Positions 28,763 to 42,630 are shown, counted from the stretch's first letter. The stretch: DNA of 64,000 nucleotides from Eledone cirrhosa (GCA_964016885.1 OZ024743.1:81096001-81160000), one strand, 5' to 3'. A program made the numbers and translations. The notes: generated from the sequence alone by a model not told the origin.

Positions 28763-28880
28763 AAGGCGTGTGGCTGAGTGGTTGGAGAGTTGGATTCGCA
28801 ATCGTGAGGTTGTGAGTTCGATTCTCGGACCAGGCGATGCGTTATGTCCTTGAGCAAAGCACTTTATTTCACGTTGCTCC
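28763..28880 (+). mobile_element. CORE-type SINE 5' part (second family)
   Basis: tRNA head (tggctgagtggtt...gagttcgattc) plus CORE-like tgtccttgagcaaagcacttta. Confidence 0.7.
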
Positions 28881-28966
28881 TTCTACCTGGAATTGCAACC
28901 GATAGATGGTATTAGCAATTGAAAAGACCAATGGAAGCATTGTTTCCCCGGTCCGATCGACTGTCG

Positions 28967-29005
<39 letters not shown>

Positions 29006-29089
29006 AAGCAGGCGCTGTTTATAAAACATCGAGCGAAGTTTTAAAAGAGGTAGCATCACGTGGTTACACCGTAGTTGACTAATTTTATT

Positions 29090-29303
29090 TTGGAGTGCAT
29101 TCGAAGAATCATTAGAGTGTCGGACATTGCGCTATTTAGTTGTCTCCCTTTATGTTCTCAGTTCAAATCCTGCCGAGTTTATCTTTACCTTTCATCATGG
29201 CGAGGTCGATAAAATAAAACACCAGTCACGTATTGGTGGCGATTTAATTGACTTTTCCCATCCCACAAATTATTGGCCTTGTGCCTATAGTGGAAATCAT
29301 TAT
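29090..29303 (+). mobile_element. SINE, diverged
   Basis: Family match with many substitutions. Confidence 0.7.
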
Positions 29304-29625
29304 TCCAACCGTGACCATAACCTACATTATCCCCCCCCCCCCCAGCTATTTGGAATCACACCACTTGCGATGTCCTGTTCACTAATCTTGAATATTTCTC
29401 ATTCAACATTTTTACCTTCAATTGTAATACACGATTCTCTACATTATTTATTTAGGCTGGGAATGTTTAGATTTTGAGAGGAAAGTAAACAGTAGTTTGT
29501 TATATTCGAATATTTATCCAAAATAATATAAGGCGTTGGATTGGCAGAGTCGTTACACGTCGTATTTCTTCAGTTTGTTTTCCACCGGTTTATAGTCCAT
29601 AAAGTTCAATACAGGGATAGTGTGA

Positions 29626-29683
<58 letters not shown>

Positions 29684-29684
<1 letters not shown>

Positions 29685-30325
29685 AGTTGCATTTATCTTG
29701 CTTTATGTTCATACGAGTTATCACCAAGTCACAACCAGTGACCTCAAGAGACAACAAGGTCCGCCAAGAAAGAACATACATACTCACACATGCATCTTTA
29801 GTGTTTAGACTTGTGATGTACTTATATTGACAGAATCTTCCTTAGTATATGGGCAATTCCCATTAGTACTATCTTTTGTATTTCTCCTATACGCGGGTTT
29901 CCTGGGATTTGCGATAAGTAATCATTAGACCCCTTAGGTATCATTCCCAGAGCGCCTACAACCACTGGTATTGTTTTAGTTCTCAATTTCCACATTTTTC
30001 CGATTTCTATCTCCAGGTCCTTATACTTGCTCAATTTTTCAAATGTTTTTATAGATACATTCTTGTCTATTGGAACAGACATATCAATTAGCAGGCATAC
30101 CCTCTTTTTAAAGTCCTTCAATATTATATCAGGTCTATTTGCATCTATTTTTCGGTCTGTTTGGATGCTAAAGTTCCACAAGATTGAGATGTGATCTTTT
30201 TCAAGTATGGGAGGTGGTTGATGCTCCCACCAATTCTTTTGATGGGGCAGGTCAAAATGCTTACACATTATCCAATGTATGTATTGTGCAGCTCTGTCAT
30301 GCCTGTTTAGGTATTCGGTTGGAGC
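29684..30325 (-). mobile_element. R4/Dong-clade non-LTR retrotransposon 3' fragment (restriction-like endonuclease), flanked by (TAA)n on both sides
   Basis: Minus frame APTEYLNRHDRAAQYIHW...ILWNFSIQTDRKIDANRPDII...LIDMSVP...EKLSKYKDL...IPVVVGALG, stop at 29822. ATT tracts at 29626-29683 and 30326-30356. Confidence 0.88.
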
Positions 30326-30356
<31 letters not shown>

Positions 30357-30569
30357 GAATGCCATGGTTGACGGAGGCTCGGCTCTGTAAGGTATAGTAA
30401 TTTTTAACCGTTAAAACAATTGTAAATTGTTTAAAACTTGAACCAAATTGTTGATAAAGACACCCTCCTCCTCGTAAGAGGGGTCTTTCTGTCCGTTATT
30501 TGGCCCTTCGGGGTTAAATAACCAGTTATTGGGGTTTTGTACCCAAAATTTCATTTTAAACAAAAAAAC

Positions 30570-32667
30570 ATGGCTACGAAAAAGAAATTTCATACGTCAC
30601 TCCCACTCATTCCGTCTTCTTCTTCCTCAATCATCACTACAGCAGAGAGAAGATTGTCTCTCTCCCTCCCTTCTTTAAATGTGTCTCTCTCCCTCCCTTC
30701 TCTTTCGCAAGCGACGAAAGAAAAGAAAAGTCTCGTGCAAAGCGTGCAAAGTTTCTCCACGACGACGACGACAGCGACGAAACAGGTGTGCGGGAAATAC
30801 GAAAACCCAGTTCATTCGTCTGACGTCAGGAATAATAGCAGTAGCAGCCGTAATAACAACAGCAACAGTGACAATGAAAACAACAGTAGCAGCCGCAACA
30901 GCATCACCAGCAGCATAAACAACAACAGCATTAGCAGCAGCAACACCAACAACAACCACAGCAACAGCGGCGGAGGCAGTAGTCGTAGTACCTGCAGCAA
31001 CAACAAAAGTACCAGCAGCTCTGACGACAACAACAACAGCAGAGAAAAACCAATCTCATTTGCAGGTATTGCGAAAAACTTGGAAACAATCCTCATAACA
31101 AATGAGGAATTAGAGGAAGCGAAGAAGATGGTGACAAAGAACGGACACCGAGCAATCTGCAAGGCAGCGGAAAATTTTTTTCGAAACCCAAGAGCACTGT
31201 ACGGTCACGTACCGTACAGTAAGTACAAAATCCCGTAGGGTGGAAAGAGCCACAGAGGCCCAAATACAAAAAGCCTTGGGGTCTGTGTGGCAGCGGAAAA
31301 CGCACATCACCCGAGGCAAAAAATATGCCACCGTAGACGTACTTTTTGCCACACCCCAGGAGGCAAAGGCCCAATCAGTAGTGACCCTAAGGAGCGAGGA
31401 AATGGTGTTGGTGCCCTCCTACTGTGGGCAAAAAATTGTGAGGGTCAAACTGACCCACGTCCCCCCCGGAATGACCCCTTCTTGGCTGGCCGCGTCTGTC
31501 CTCGTCGGAATCGAGGACAAAACAACTGTACTGCAAGTACAGAAAAAAGTAAGAGAAGATTGGGTCGGCTCCTCCATTGAGATGCTAATCCAAACCAACC
31601 AGGAGTGCATCGAAGCTATCCCGGATGTGATAGACTTCGATAACGGCACTCAACTGCCCATAAGTGTTGAGGGCAAACGCCCGAAATGCTTTCGCTGTGG
31701 ATCGAAGACTCACCTCAGGGCCTTCTGCAACGAGAAGACCCTGAGAAAGGAGAAAACCCCCCTCCTTCCGAATCCGGCTCCACGGCTACCAGCAACAGGA
31801 CAAGCGGCAACCAGGAACGATAGGCCCGTGGCACCCATACCCACTCCACGGAAATCAAAAACAGCAGCAGCAGTGGAAATACTAACAACAACAACAGCAA
31901 TACCAAATGCAGCTGCAACAGAGACTCCAGTGCAAACATCACCAACAACAACAAGTGAAAGAGTGGAGCTGGTACCCCTCCCCGACCTCACAGAATCAGA
32001 CATGGAGTGTGAGGTGGGAGAGAGATGGCAAAAGGTCGTAAGAAGGCACAAACGCAGAAACAGCGCATCGTCGCCTTTGAAAAGGGAGGAAAGAAATGAG
32101 AAAAGGGTAAAGTCTACTGCAAAGAGACCCACAGCAGCAACAACACCAACACCATCACCACCCACACTAGCGCCACCATCACCACCGGCGACAACCCCAC
32201 CGCCAACAACACCTTCAACACCACCACCACAAGCACCAACATCGCAAACACAACAACAAAACACACACACCCAGCAACAACGACAAGAAAATAGCAGAAC
32301 CACACCCCACCCCCAGAAAAACAAATGCACGGCAATAAATACACACAACAAGAAACTAATGACTTACATAATTGAACACACAGACATTTCACAACAGGAC
32401 TACATAATACCAGCACCAATCAAAACGCCAACTAACATAAGACTGCTAAAAATAGCACAGAAACAATACACAAATATTAAAACGAAATTCCCCAACGCAG
32501 TTGGTGATTTCAGGGACCTAGGAGGAACCATCAATCGAAGAGTATACTCAGACATTCTCTTAGAAGAGCCGACGACCTGCCGAAGGGACGATTCAACGGT
32601 CCCTTCACCAGACGATCAAGTGAAAAGGGATGTAAAAACCATCCCTCCTCTACCAAAAGTACGGTAA
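30570..32667 (+). CDS. Tx1 ORF1 (gag-like nucleic-acid-binding protein, CCHC knuckle), split by a 1-nt frameshift
   Basis: ATG at 30570. ORF-track pieces 30537..31238 and 31240..32667 join into one 698-aa frame if one T is removed from the T7 run at 31175-31181. VEGKRPKCFRCGSKTHLRAFC knuckle followed by a Pro/Thr-rich tail. Confidence 0.8.
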
Positions 32668-32702
32668 GTGGTCTTTCCCATCTTTTCCACTCTATTTTAA
32701 AC

Positions 32703-35700
32703 ATGACCTCACTCAGAATAGGCAGCATAAATGCGCGTGGCTTGGGGTCGTCATGGAAGCAGGGTCACCTGCTCAACGACCTCAGGTCACTAAACATAGA
32801 TGTAGTGGCCATCAGCGAGACCAGAATCTCCGAAGCACGGGCCTTCGCACCGATCTTCGGCGGCTACGATGTGTACGCATCTCCCAGCCGTCCTGGATCC
32901 GGTGGAGGAGTTGCTGTACTTTTTCGGAGAGGTTTGGATCTCGCCATACGGGCCATCTTCCTGGACCCAGAGGGTAAGCTGGTGGTGCTGGACGTGACCA
33001 GCGGAGACGGGCAAGCTTTCAGGCTAGTGGCCGTCTATGCCCCGACAGGAGCAGGGCGGCATGATTTCTTCCGGCGTCTGGAGACCTTTCTTGGAACGTC
33101 CCGCTCTTTAGTGTTAGTGGGCGACTGGAACGGCATCTTAGATGCACGCTGGGACTGTGTGGGATTAGCGGATAGGGGTGGAGGGTGCAAGAGCCTCACC
33201 AACCTGCTCAGGCGTTTTGAACTGTCTGACAGGTACCGATTGGATTTCCCGAATGTGCCAATGTGGACTTGGACAAACCGCATAGGGTCATCCAGATCAT
33301 ATCTAGATAGAGTATTTTGTAGGGAAATAGATAGGTCTAGCATAGGCTGTCCACAATTCAAGATAGTCAGCTACACGGACCACAAATTCGTGATCTGTGT
33401 GCTTGACTTAGATAGGCTTCATAGACGAGGACCCGGCTACTGGAAGCTAAACGCGTCCTTACCAGCGCGCAAGGCCTACAGAGACCGGATTAGCGAACTA
33501 GTTAAGCGGGCGTTGACGGGAGCCATCGTCAACAACAAGTGGTGGTTTGCTCTGAAAAGAGCGATTAGAATAGAATCGATTAGGTTTAGTAAGGCTTTAG
33601 CAATAGAGAAAAATAGAGCAGAGGGAGAACTAGTTAGAAAATTAGACGAGGCGCTTAGCAAAGGCATTGCGACCGACGTGCTTGCGGCGAAATTGGCCCT
33701 TGACCAATTCCTCAATGCAAAGCACGAAGGCTGCGTTGTCAGAGCAAGGGTGCGTGCTCTCAGACACGAGGGGACGAAAGCCGTTCAATGGGCCCGAGTG
33801 GCGGAGGCGCGTCGTGGCAATAAAGCCACGATCCGGTCTTTGGTGGACCACGACGGGCGCATGCTACTCGATCCCGGGCAAATGTGTGAAGCTTTTCAGC
33901 GACACTTCGCTCAGCTGTTCGGGGGCAGCGGTGGGCCGGGTAGAGGGATGGACTTTAGTGTCTACCTCGACGGACTGCCGCGGCTCTCGGCCACTGAGGC
34001 GAAGTGTTGCGAAAAGCCGATAACAGCCGCTGAAGTAAGGGAGGCAATGACTGGCTGCACAAGGGGTAAATCGCCTGGTTTGGATGGTCTGCCCTATGAA
34101 CTTTACGTACAGATGCCAGACTTGTTCGGAGGCCTCTTGGCAGACGTCTACTGCAACTGGCAACAGAACGGGAGAATTCCCAGTTCTGTGAGCCGAGGAG
34201 CGGTGGCACTGCTGAGAAAGGATCCGAACAAGGGGGATAACATAGAAAATTTCCGGCCCATAACTCTGCTAAACACAGAGTTTAAGATTTTGGCCAAGGT
34301 GTTAGCAAAGAGGTTGGCGCTTGTCGTTGGTGGTCTGGTGGGAGAGGCGCAGACATGCGCCATTCCCGACAGATCCATCCACGACAACCTCCACCTCATG
34401 CGATACATCGTAGAGAGGGTAGCTAGGGAACCTGGCACGGGTGGGTCCTTGATCAATTTAGATCAGTCGAAAGCTTTCGATAGGGTCGACCATCGTTACC
34501 TAGCGGCAGTCCTGAGGGCGGCTGGCTTTGGGCCCGTCTTCAGAGGCTGGATCGCTGCCATGCACAGCGACATCTGCTCTGTGGTGAGAGTGAACGGTCA
34601 CCTGTCGGAACCGTTCAACATCATGCGCTCGGTCCGCCAAGGATGTCCCCTCTCGTCCCTCTTGTACGTATTGACTCTCGAGCCATTACTGCACAAACTG
34701 GAGACGTTGAGGGGGGTCCCGCGCGAACTAGGATGTGGAAGATCCGTATCAGCATATGCGGACGATGTCACCGTAGTGGTGTCGAACGCCAAACACATCG
34801 AGGCGATCGGCACTACACTAAGAGAATACGAAGCGGTGACAGGAGCAATGATCAACCAGGAAAAGTCAGTGGGCCTGCAGCTCGGCACCTGGAGAGGCAG
34901 GTCCATGCCGTCCAACAGCGTCGTCGGACGCTGGACGGACGGACCGGTTAAATTGCTAGGGGTCTGGTTCGGTCCGGACCTCCAGACGGACAAAAACTGG
35001 GACGAGGTGACGAGCAGGGTGGCTTCTCTCACCCAGAAATGGGCCGAGAGGAAGCTATCCCTGAAAGGTCGAGCGGAGGTGGCTAACGCGTACATCGCGT
35101 CCGTCATCTGCTACCGCCTGACCGTCGTACCTTGTCCTAAGCCTCGCCTGACTGTGCTGGAGCGTTTGCTCTTTCGTTTTTTGTGGAAGGGACGCGCTCC
35201 GATGGTCAGGCGGTCCATCTGTTGTCAACACCCGCTACGTGGAGGGCTGGGCATGCCGTGGCTGATGATGCGCAGGCACGCGCTCAGGCTACGACATCTC
35301 CACCTCTTCCTCGACGGTGATCAGGTGTGGTCGCCGTTTGCTAGACGCGTGTTTCCCCAGCTCGTTTCCTTGACGGAGCTGCAGTCCTGGGTCAAGCGAA
35401 GACCGAGAGGGAGCGCCTGGAGACTGGAATGTCTTCAGGCGCTCACAGCCCTCGACCAATCGGGCAATGTGATCGGTGGAAACTCCACCTCGGCGTTCTA
35501 TAGAGGATTAGTGGAGGAGAAGAGCGACGACGTACTTGGGGAAACTCTAGGCGTCGACGAAAATCAACTAGCCAATCTCTTCGGAAGAACTTTCGGGCCA
35601 GGGCCTATGGACAACTTCCAGAAATCTCTGGCCTGGCAGTGCTACCGAGGAGCCTTGCCAGTTCGGGATAAACTCTACAGGCATGGAGATGCCGTCAGCC

Positions 35701-36122
35701 GGGCATGTCCGAGATGCGCGCAGGGCGACGAAACCGTCCTGCACGCACTCGTCCAGTGTCCGAAAATTGCTGACTTGTGGGTTTATGTCGAACACCTGCT
35801 GTCGCGTTTAGGACGGATCCGGCTATCATCTGAGTCCATCGTGAGGATTGCCCCGCCCTCCTCCTTTAGCCGGGAAGGGCAGGCAGTTTTTATCTGCCTG
35901 GTGGCCATGGCGAAAGAGATAGTATGGTGGACACGTTTGAAAGGGCTGAAGACGAGCACTTACCTCTTCGGTGATGCTCTGATTGACTTTTTCAAATTTC
36001 ATTTGAAAAGGAAAATCAGAGTAGAGAGGGAAGTGCTCTCTTCCCAGCATTTTGTTGAAAGATGGGTGAGAGAAGCAAGAATGGCCCGAGTGAATGGGCC
36101 TACTCTGAGCATATATCTGTAA
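32703..36122 (+). CDS. Tx1 ORF2: AP endonuclease + reverse transcriptase + C-terminal CCHC domain, 1139 aa, intact
   Basis: SINARGL, ISET, VYAP, GDWN, SYLDR, YTDH, PGYWKLN, KSPGLDG, FRPITLLN, LDQSKAFDRV, VRQGCPLS, AYADD, KLLGVWF, CPRC...ETVLHALVQC. Confidence 0.96.
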   Translation: MTSLRIGSINARGLGSSWKQGHLLNDLRSLNIDVVAISETRISEARAFAPIFGGYDVYASPSRPGSGGGVAVLFRRGLDLAIRAIFLDPEGKLVVLDVTSGDGQAFRLVAVYAPTGAGRHDFFRRLETFLGTSRSLVLVGDWNGILDARWDCVGLADRGGGCKSLTNLLRRFELSDRYRLDFPNVPMWTWTNRIGSSRSYLDRVFCREIDRSSIGCPQFKIVSYTDHKFVICVLDLDRLHRRGPGYWKLNASLPARKAYRDRISELVKRALTGAIVNNKWWFALKRAIRIESIRFSKALAIEKNRAEGELVRKLDEALSKGIATDVLAAKLALDQFLNAKHEGCVVRARVRALRHEGTKAVQWARVAEARRGNKATIRSLVDHDGRMLLDPGQMCEAFQRHFAQLFGGSGGPGRGMDFSVYLDGLPRLSATEAKCCEKPITAAEVREAMTGCTRGKSPGLDGLPYELYVQMPDLFGGLLADVYCNWQQNGRIPSSVSRGAVALLRKDPNKGDNIENFRPITLLNTEFKILAKVLAKRLALVVGGLVGEAQTCAIPDRSIHDNLHLMRYIVERVAREPGTGGSLINLDQSKAFDRVDHRYLAAVLRAAGFGPVFRGWIAAMHSDICSVVRVNGHLSEPFNIMRSVRQGCPLSSLLYVLTLEPLLHKLETLRGVPRELGCGRSVSAYADDVTVVVSNAKHIEAIGTTLREYEAVTGAMINQEKSVGLQLGTWRGRSMPSNSVVGRWTDGPVKLLGVWFGPDLQTDKNWDEVTSRVASLTQKWAERKLSLKGRAEVANAYIASVICYRLTVVPCPKPRLTVLERLLFRFLWKGRAPMVRRSICCQHPLRGGLGMPWLMMRRHALRLRHLHLFLDGDQVWSPFARRVFPQLVSLTELQSWVKRRPRGSAWRLECLQALTALDQSGNVIGGNSTSAFYRGLVEEKSDDVLGETLGVDENQLANLFGRTFGPGPMDNFQKSLAWQCYRGALPVRDKLYRHGDAVSRACPRCAQGDETVLHALVQCPKIADLWVYVEHLLSRLGRIRLSSESIVRIAPPSSFSREGQAVFICLVAMAKEIVWWTRLKGLKTSTYLFGDALIDFFKFHLKRKIRVEREVLSSQHFVERWVREARMARVNGPTLSIYL

Positions 36123-36380
36123 ATTAAAGGTGGAAAACTGGGAGAGGGCACTTGCCTTGGTGGTCAGGGTCATTGTGGCTTTTTACTGGGCTTTCTCCAC
36201 AAATGTCCCTCCGAAGTCTCCCCCCTATTGGGGAATTTTTCATTGTTATTTTTTGTTACATCCTCTGTTTTTGTTTTTTACACGCAGAAATGCCCATTTG
36301 TACCGTTTTGTACCGTCCTGCATTGTCCTGCACTGTCCTTAATGTCTACTTTATGTAAACCCTTGTGGTTAATAAAGAAA

Positions 36381-36415
<35 letters not shown>

Positions 36416-36749
36416 GTTATTATTATTCTTATTCTTATTCTTCTTATTCTTCTTATTCTTCTTATTCTTCTTATTCTTCTTATTCTTCTTCACGCACTTA
36501 TACTTGAGAGGGTCGTGGAGGCAGAGTCCTCAAACTATCTCGGCCAATATCGGACAAAATATAACAGCAACGATGGTGACAACAACAAAACGACGACCAC
36601 CACAAACAACAACAACAAGAACAGCATAGTAATGATCATGATGATGATAATTCCTTAGAAAATGTAGGAATCCCAATGCGTTGGGATTCCGACATTTTCT
36701 AAAGAACGTCAAACGATCCAACGCTTCGATATCTTGTATAGAACATAAT

Positions 36750-36966
36750 AATTGTTTCTAATGTAGTCACAGAGTCAGAAATTTGGGAGACGGAGGTCGG
36801 GGTGAGTTGATTACATCGACACCAGTATATGACTGGTATATCATTTTATCGATCACAGAAGGATGAAAGACAAAGTGGACCACGACAGGACTTGAACCAA
36901 GAACGTAAAGGGCAGTAACTAAAAGCCACGAGGAATTGTGTTCCAGTGTTTTAAATATTCTGCCAA
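36750..36966 (-). mobile_element. SINE, diverged
   Basis: Reverse-complement family match. Confidence 0.7.
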
Positions 36967-37332
36967 ACATAATGAAGGAATATAAATGAAATAGGAAGGG
37001 GGCAACTTACTTACAGGGAAGAAATCCGAACATTAAAAACCAGGTAAAATAGAAAACTAGGAGAAAGTGTAATAAAATAAGTATAGAGTGCACATACAAA
37101 GCCGGAGTGAATGAACAAATAAATACACAAGAAAATATAAGACAATGGTGGTCTCGGTGGGATTGAACCAGTGAAGGTAAAGTAACAGAACAAACAACAA
37201 TAATATTGGTATTGCTAAAGAAACCTTTTAAAAAATTGTTCACGTCTTCGCTTTTCTCACGTGTGAAATTTCTGTTATGAAAAATATGTTGATTTCATTT
37301 TTTAAAAATTCCTTCTAGCATAAACCTTACAT

Positions 37333-38830
<1,498 letters not shown>

Positions 38831-39248
38831 GAGTTTGTGAATATATACAAATCTAAAAAGCATTTATGCACATGTTTTCTGTTATATTGGAAAAACTGTT
38901 GTTGTTAACGACGAGACTGATGATGATGATGATGATGATGATGTTGACTGCGATCAGAATGTCTCATACTGAAAATTATGAGTGACTAGTAAATTGAACC
39001 AGTACATGACTGGTACTTTATAAGATTAATCTCAGAGGGACTTTGGTGGAAGATGAACACAGAAGGTAAAGATCCTAAAAGGGTTACATTTCTGCTGTGT
39101 TAAATAATTGTACCTTCAGTGGAATACCACACATTTGACTTAGGGAGCTTTGTGAGATCTAGCTGGTCTATTTACAGGCAGGAAATGAAGTGTTTGTCTT
39201 TATGACCAGCATAAGAAGACATGTGACATTAATGTACCTCAAATATCC

Positions 39249-39625
39249 CTTCTTCTTCTTCTTCTTCTTCTTCTTCTTCTTCTTCTTCTTCTTCTTCTTC
39301 TTCTTCTTCTTCTTCTTCTTCTTCTTCTTCTTCTTCTTGTGTGTCGTGGGAGGAACAGTCCTCAAACACCCCTGTCAGAAACAACCGTTTCCAATTGATC
39401 CGGCTGGATCCCCAAGCGTGACCAGCCAAGCTCATTCATGTTATCCAGCCATCTTGCCCAGAGTCTAACCATGGGTTTCCTGCCGATTAAATTTTGCCCG
39501 TAAAATCTCTCCAGTGATTCTTTCCTGAGACATTCTAACCACATGTCCATAGTAACGGAGCTGTGATCTCTTAATTCGGGGCGAGTCTCTGGTATCCGAA
39601 CTATGAACGCTATCGAGTAACAATA
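39249..39625 (-). mobile_element. RTE-like LINE 3' fragment with (GAA)n tail
   Basis: The minus strand translates to RIKRSQLRYYGHVVRMSQER, then after a frameshift to GRKPMVRLWARWLDNM. (TTC)n at 39249-39338. Confidence 0.7.
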
Positions 39626-40491
39626 CAAATCTGTTATTGTAAAATGGTTCAATTCAGTAAATAAAAACCTTCTATCATTTCATGTAAGAATCTTTAATTT
39701 ATATTCTAAACCCCAACTTGGTGATAGGGAAATTAGTTATGTTATTTACTCCCTTAAAAGACATGATTTACAAAATTATTTGAAAATCGTACATAATGGA
39801 TTTCATTGCACGTGGGATAAGAAGAGGTGTAAAATGTTTAAATAATCTTAAAGATCGATTCATCAAGATTTTAAGCAAAATTCATATTATACTATATAAC
39901 GTTTCTGATTCAGGCAGAAAGGCAACAAGACCCCAGTACATTACTGGTGTTATATTTTATGGGATGAAAAGCAAAGCTAACCTCGACGGGATTTAAAATC
40001 AGAAAGTAAAGGGCTTCAACTCTATGTCATGAAACATAGTGCCCAATGAAATATATATATATATGTTAATGTATTAAATATTATACTCTTGATTTGGCCA
40101 GAGATGAATATTTCCAGATACTTTTTAGGTATGACTTCCGTATTTATTCTTTGTATGAAATATTGATTGTTCTTCCGGTATCTTGTCTCTGTTTTTAGCC
40201 TAAGAAAATACCTATATGCGTGTATAAATAATACATGCATATATTTATTGTTTATATCCAATTGAGTTCTTCACGCATGGTTAAAATTATTGAAAGAATT
40301 AATTGACCTGCGTGCATATTATTTTATTCTTTTATGTTTTGCGATGACCTCCCCTTCCCACTTGGTGACGGTGTGTGAGATTTCTCATTGTGAGACTGCT
40401 GGAATTTCAAATTTGCCGGTCACTCTAACACTGACGGGTACCATCGCTGAATATTAATATCGGTAAGGTTTTTTTCAATATCGATATTGTC

Positions 40492-40620
40492 GGGCATCCA
40501 CTGATGATTTATAAGTGCCCACCTACATATATTCCTATAGACTATGTGTAGGCTTCTACATAACCTGGACATTATTTTCCCAATTGTAGAAAACTTATAA
40601 TGAAACGATCGTTACTGGCT
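40492..40620 (+). ncRNA. Hammerhead-like motif with a branched stem II
   Basis: CTGATGA at 40501, a ttataag/cttataa stem enclosing two hairpins, GAAAC-gatc-GTT at 40602-40613. Stem I is imperfect. Confidence 0.45.
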
Positions 40621-40946
40621 ATCCGCAAAATACGTATCGTTAGCACCCCAAACGTATAATTGGGATTATACTAAGGTATATCCTAATGTTTGTTGAGTGA
40701 GACGGAAGCCGGTCGGAGTATTGCTTAAAGCTTTCTCTGTTAATGTATTAAATATATATATACATATATTTAGACATTAAAATATATCCTTACGTATATA
40801 AATAACCCCTGTAAAGAAAAGTGTATTTGAGTTGTTGCATTATATAAACAGCCGTACATTAAAAACAGAAATATTAGGTTACACACACTAATATAAGAAC
40901 AAAACACACTCACATGTGTGTGTGTGTGTATATATATATACACGCA

Positions 40947-41009
<63 letters not shown>

Positions 41010-41319
41010 GCATATATATAAATATATATATAGATGAGTGTGTGTACATGTGTGTAAATGTGCGTCGGTGTGTGTGTGTGGGTGTGTGTGCATATATACA
41101 CAGCTATATATATATATGTTTGTGTGTGTATGGGTGTAGGTGTGTGTTGGAGTGTATGTATGTGTGAAAGTGTATATGGACGTGTGTGTATGTGTATGTG
41201 TATGTGTGTGTATGTGTGAGGTGGCTAAACACAACGGTTCAGGCGTTTTATAAATACCCTTATCGATTAAACGCCGAAAGCAATTTACCTTTAAGTAGAT
41301 AAGTCTTAATACCAGTCTT

Positions 41320-42230
41320 GGTGGTGGTGGTGGTGGTGGTGGTGGTGGTGGTTGTTGTTGTGGTGGTGGTGGTGGTGTTGATGGTTGTTGTGTCGGTGGT
41401 GGTGTGGTGATAGTGGTGGTGGTGGGGTTGATGGTTGTTATGTCGGTGGTGGTGGTGGTGGTTGTGTCGGTGGTGGTGGTGGTGGTGGTAGTGGTGGTGG
41501 TGTGGTGTGGTGTGTGTGATGATAATGGCGGGGGGGGGGGTGACTGGGGGGGAGCGCTGTTGTGTTGGAGGTGGTGATGGTGGTGGTGGGGAGGGCGGTT
41601 GTGTTGGAGGTGGGGATAGTGGTGGTGAGGGTGGTTGTGTTGGTGGTGGTGGGGAGGGTGGTTGTGTTGGTGGTGGTGATGAGGTGGGGAGGGAGGTTGT
41701 GTTGGAGGTGGTTGGGAGGGCGGTTGTGTTGGGGGTGGTGCTGGTGGTGGTGGTTAGGTTGGTTGTGTTGGGGGGGGGGGGGGTGATGGTGGTGATGTGG
41801 AGGGTGATGGGGGGGTGATGGGGGGGGGGGGGGGGGGTGAGGAGGGTGGTTGTGTTGGAGGTGGGGATAGTGGTGGGGAGCGGTGTTGTGTTGGCGGGGG
41901 TGGGGAGGGTGGTTGTGTTGGTGGTGGTGGTGGGGAGGGAGGTTGTGTTGGAGGTGGTGGGGAGGGCGGTTGTGTTGGTGGTGGAGAGGGCGGTTGTGTT
42001 GGTGGTGGTGAGGGTGGTTGTGTTGGAGGTGTGGAGGGATGGTTGTGTTTGGTGGGGGGGGGGGGGGGAGGGGGGGGGGAGGTGGTGATGGTGGTGTAGT
42101 GAGGGTGGTTGTGTTGGGGGTGGTAATGTTGGTGGTGGGGAGGGTGGTTGTGTTGGGGTGGTGCTGGTGGTAGTTGTGGTTATGTTGGTATATGTTATAG
42201 GTTGTGGTGTTAGTGGTTGTGTTGGTAATA
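41320..42230. repeat. G-rich (GGT)n block with a recurrent gagggtggttgtgttgg unit and long G runs
   Basis: Direct reading. Confidence 0.9.
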
Positions 42231-42365
42231 TGAGGGGAGCCGGTGGCGGTAGTGCTGTTAATAGTGGATCATAAGTATGGTGATGATGATGATGATGCTG
42301 GCGCACAGCTCTTTGTAACTCATTTGCAGAGTAGATTCCAAAAATTAATAAGCATTTCACGTACG

Positions 42366-42397
<32 letters not shown>

Positions 42398-42513
42398 ATT
42401 CGCCTCAAACTAGAAAACCCTAAGTGCATCTTTCTTTCCCGAAGCAATTGCCACAAATTTTTCTTTCGTTCTCAGCAATACCATTCACCAACACAACCAC
42501 CACCATCACCACA

Positions 42514-42573
<60 letters not shown>

Positions 42574-42577
42574 GCTG

Positions 42578-42630
<53 letters not shown>

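Larger units (their letters stand above)
30357..36382 (+). mobile_element. Full-length Tx1 (L1-group) LINE inserted in (ATT)n
   Basis: About 210-nt 5' UTR, ORF1, 35-nt spacer, intact ORF2, 3' UTR with AATAAA at 36371. (ATT)n on both flanks. Confidence 0.93.

Noticed and set aside
32753-36173. Short overlapping and antisense ORFs within the Tx1 ORF2
   Set aside because: Expected shadow frames of GC-richer coding sequence, with no motifs.
41520-42140. Telomeric or functional G-quadruplex array
   Set aside because: No TTAGGG units; G runs inside a degenerate GGT tract give G4 potential but no evidence of function.
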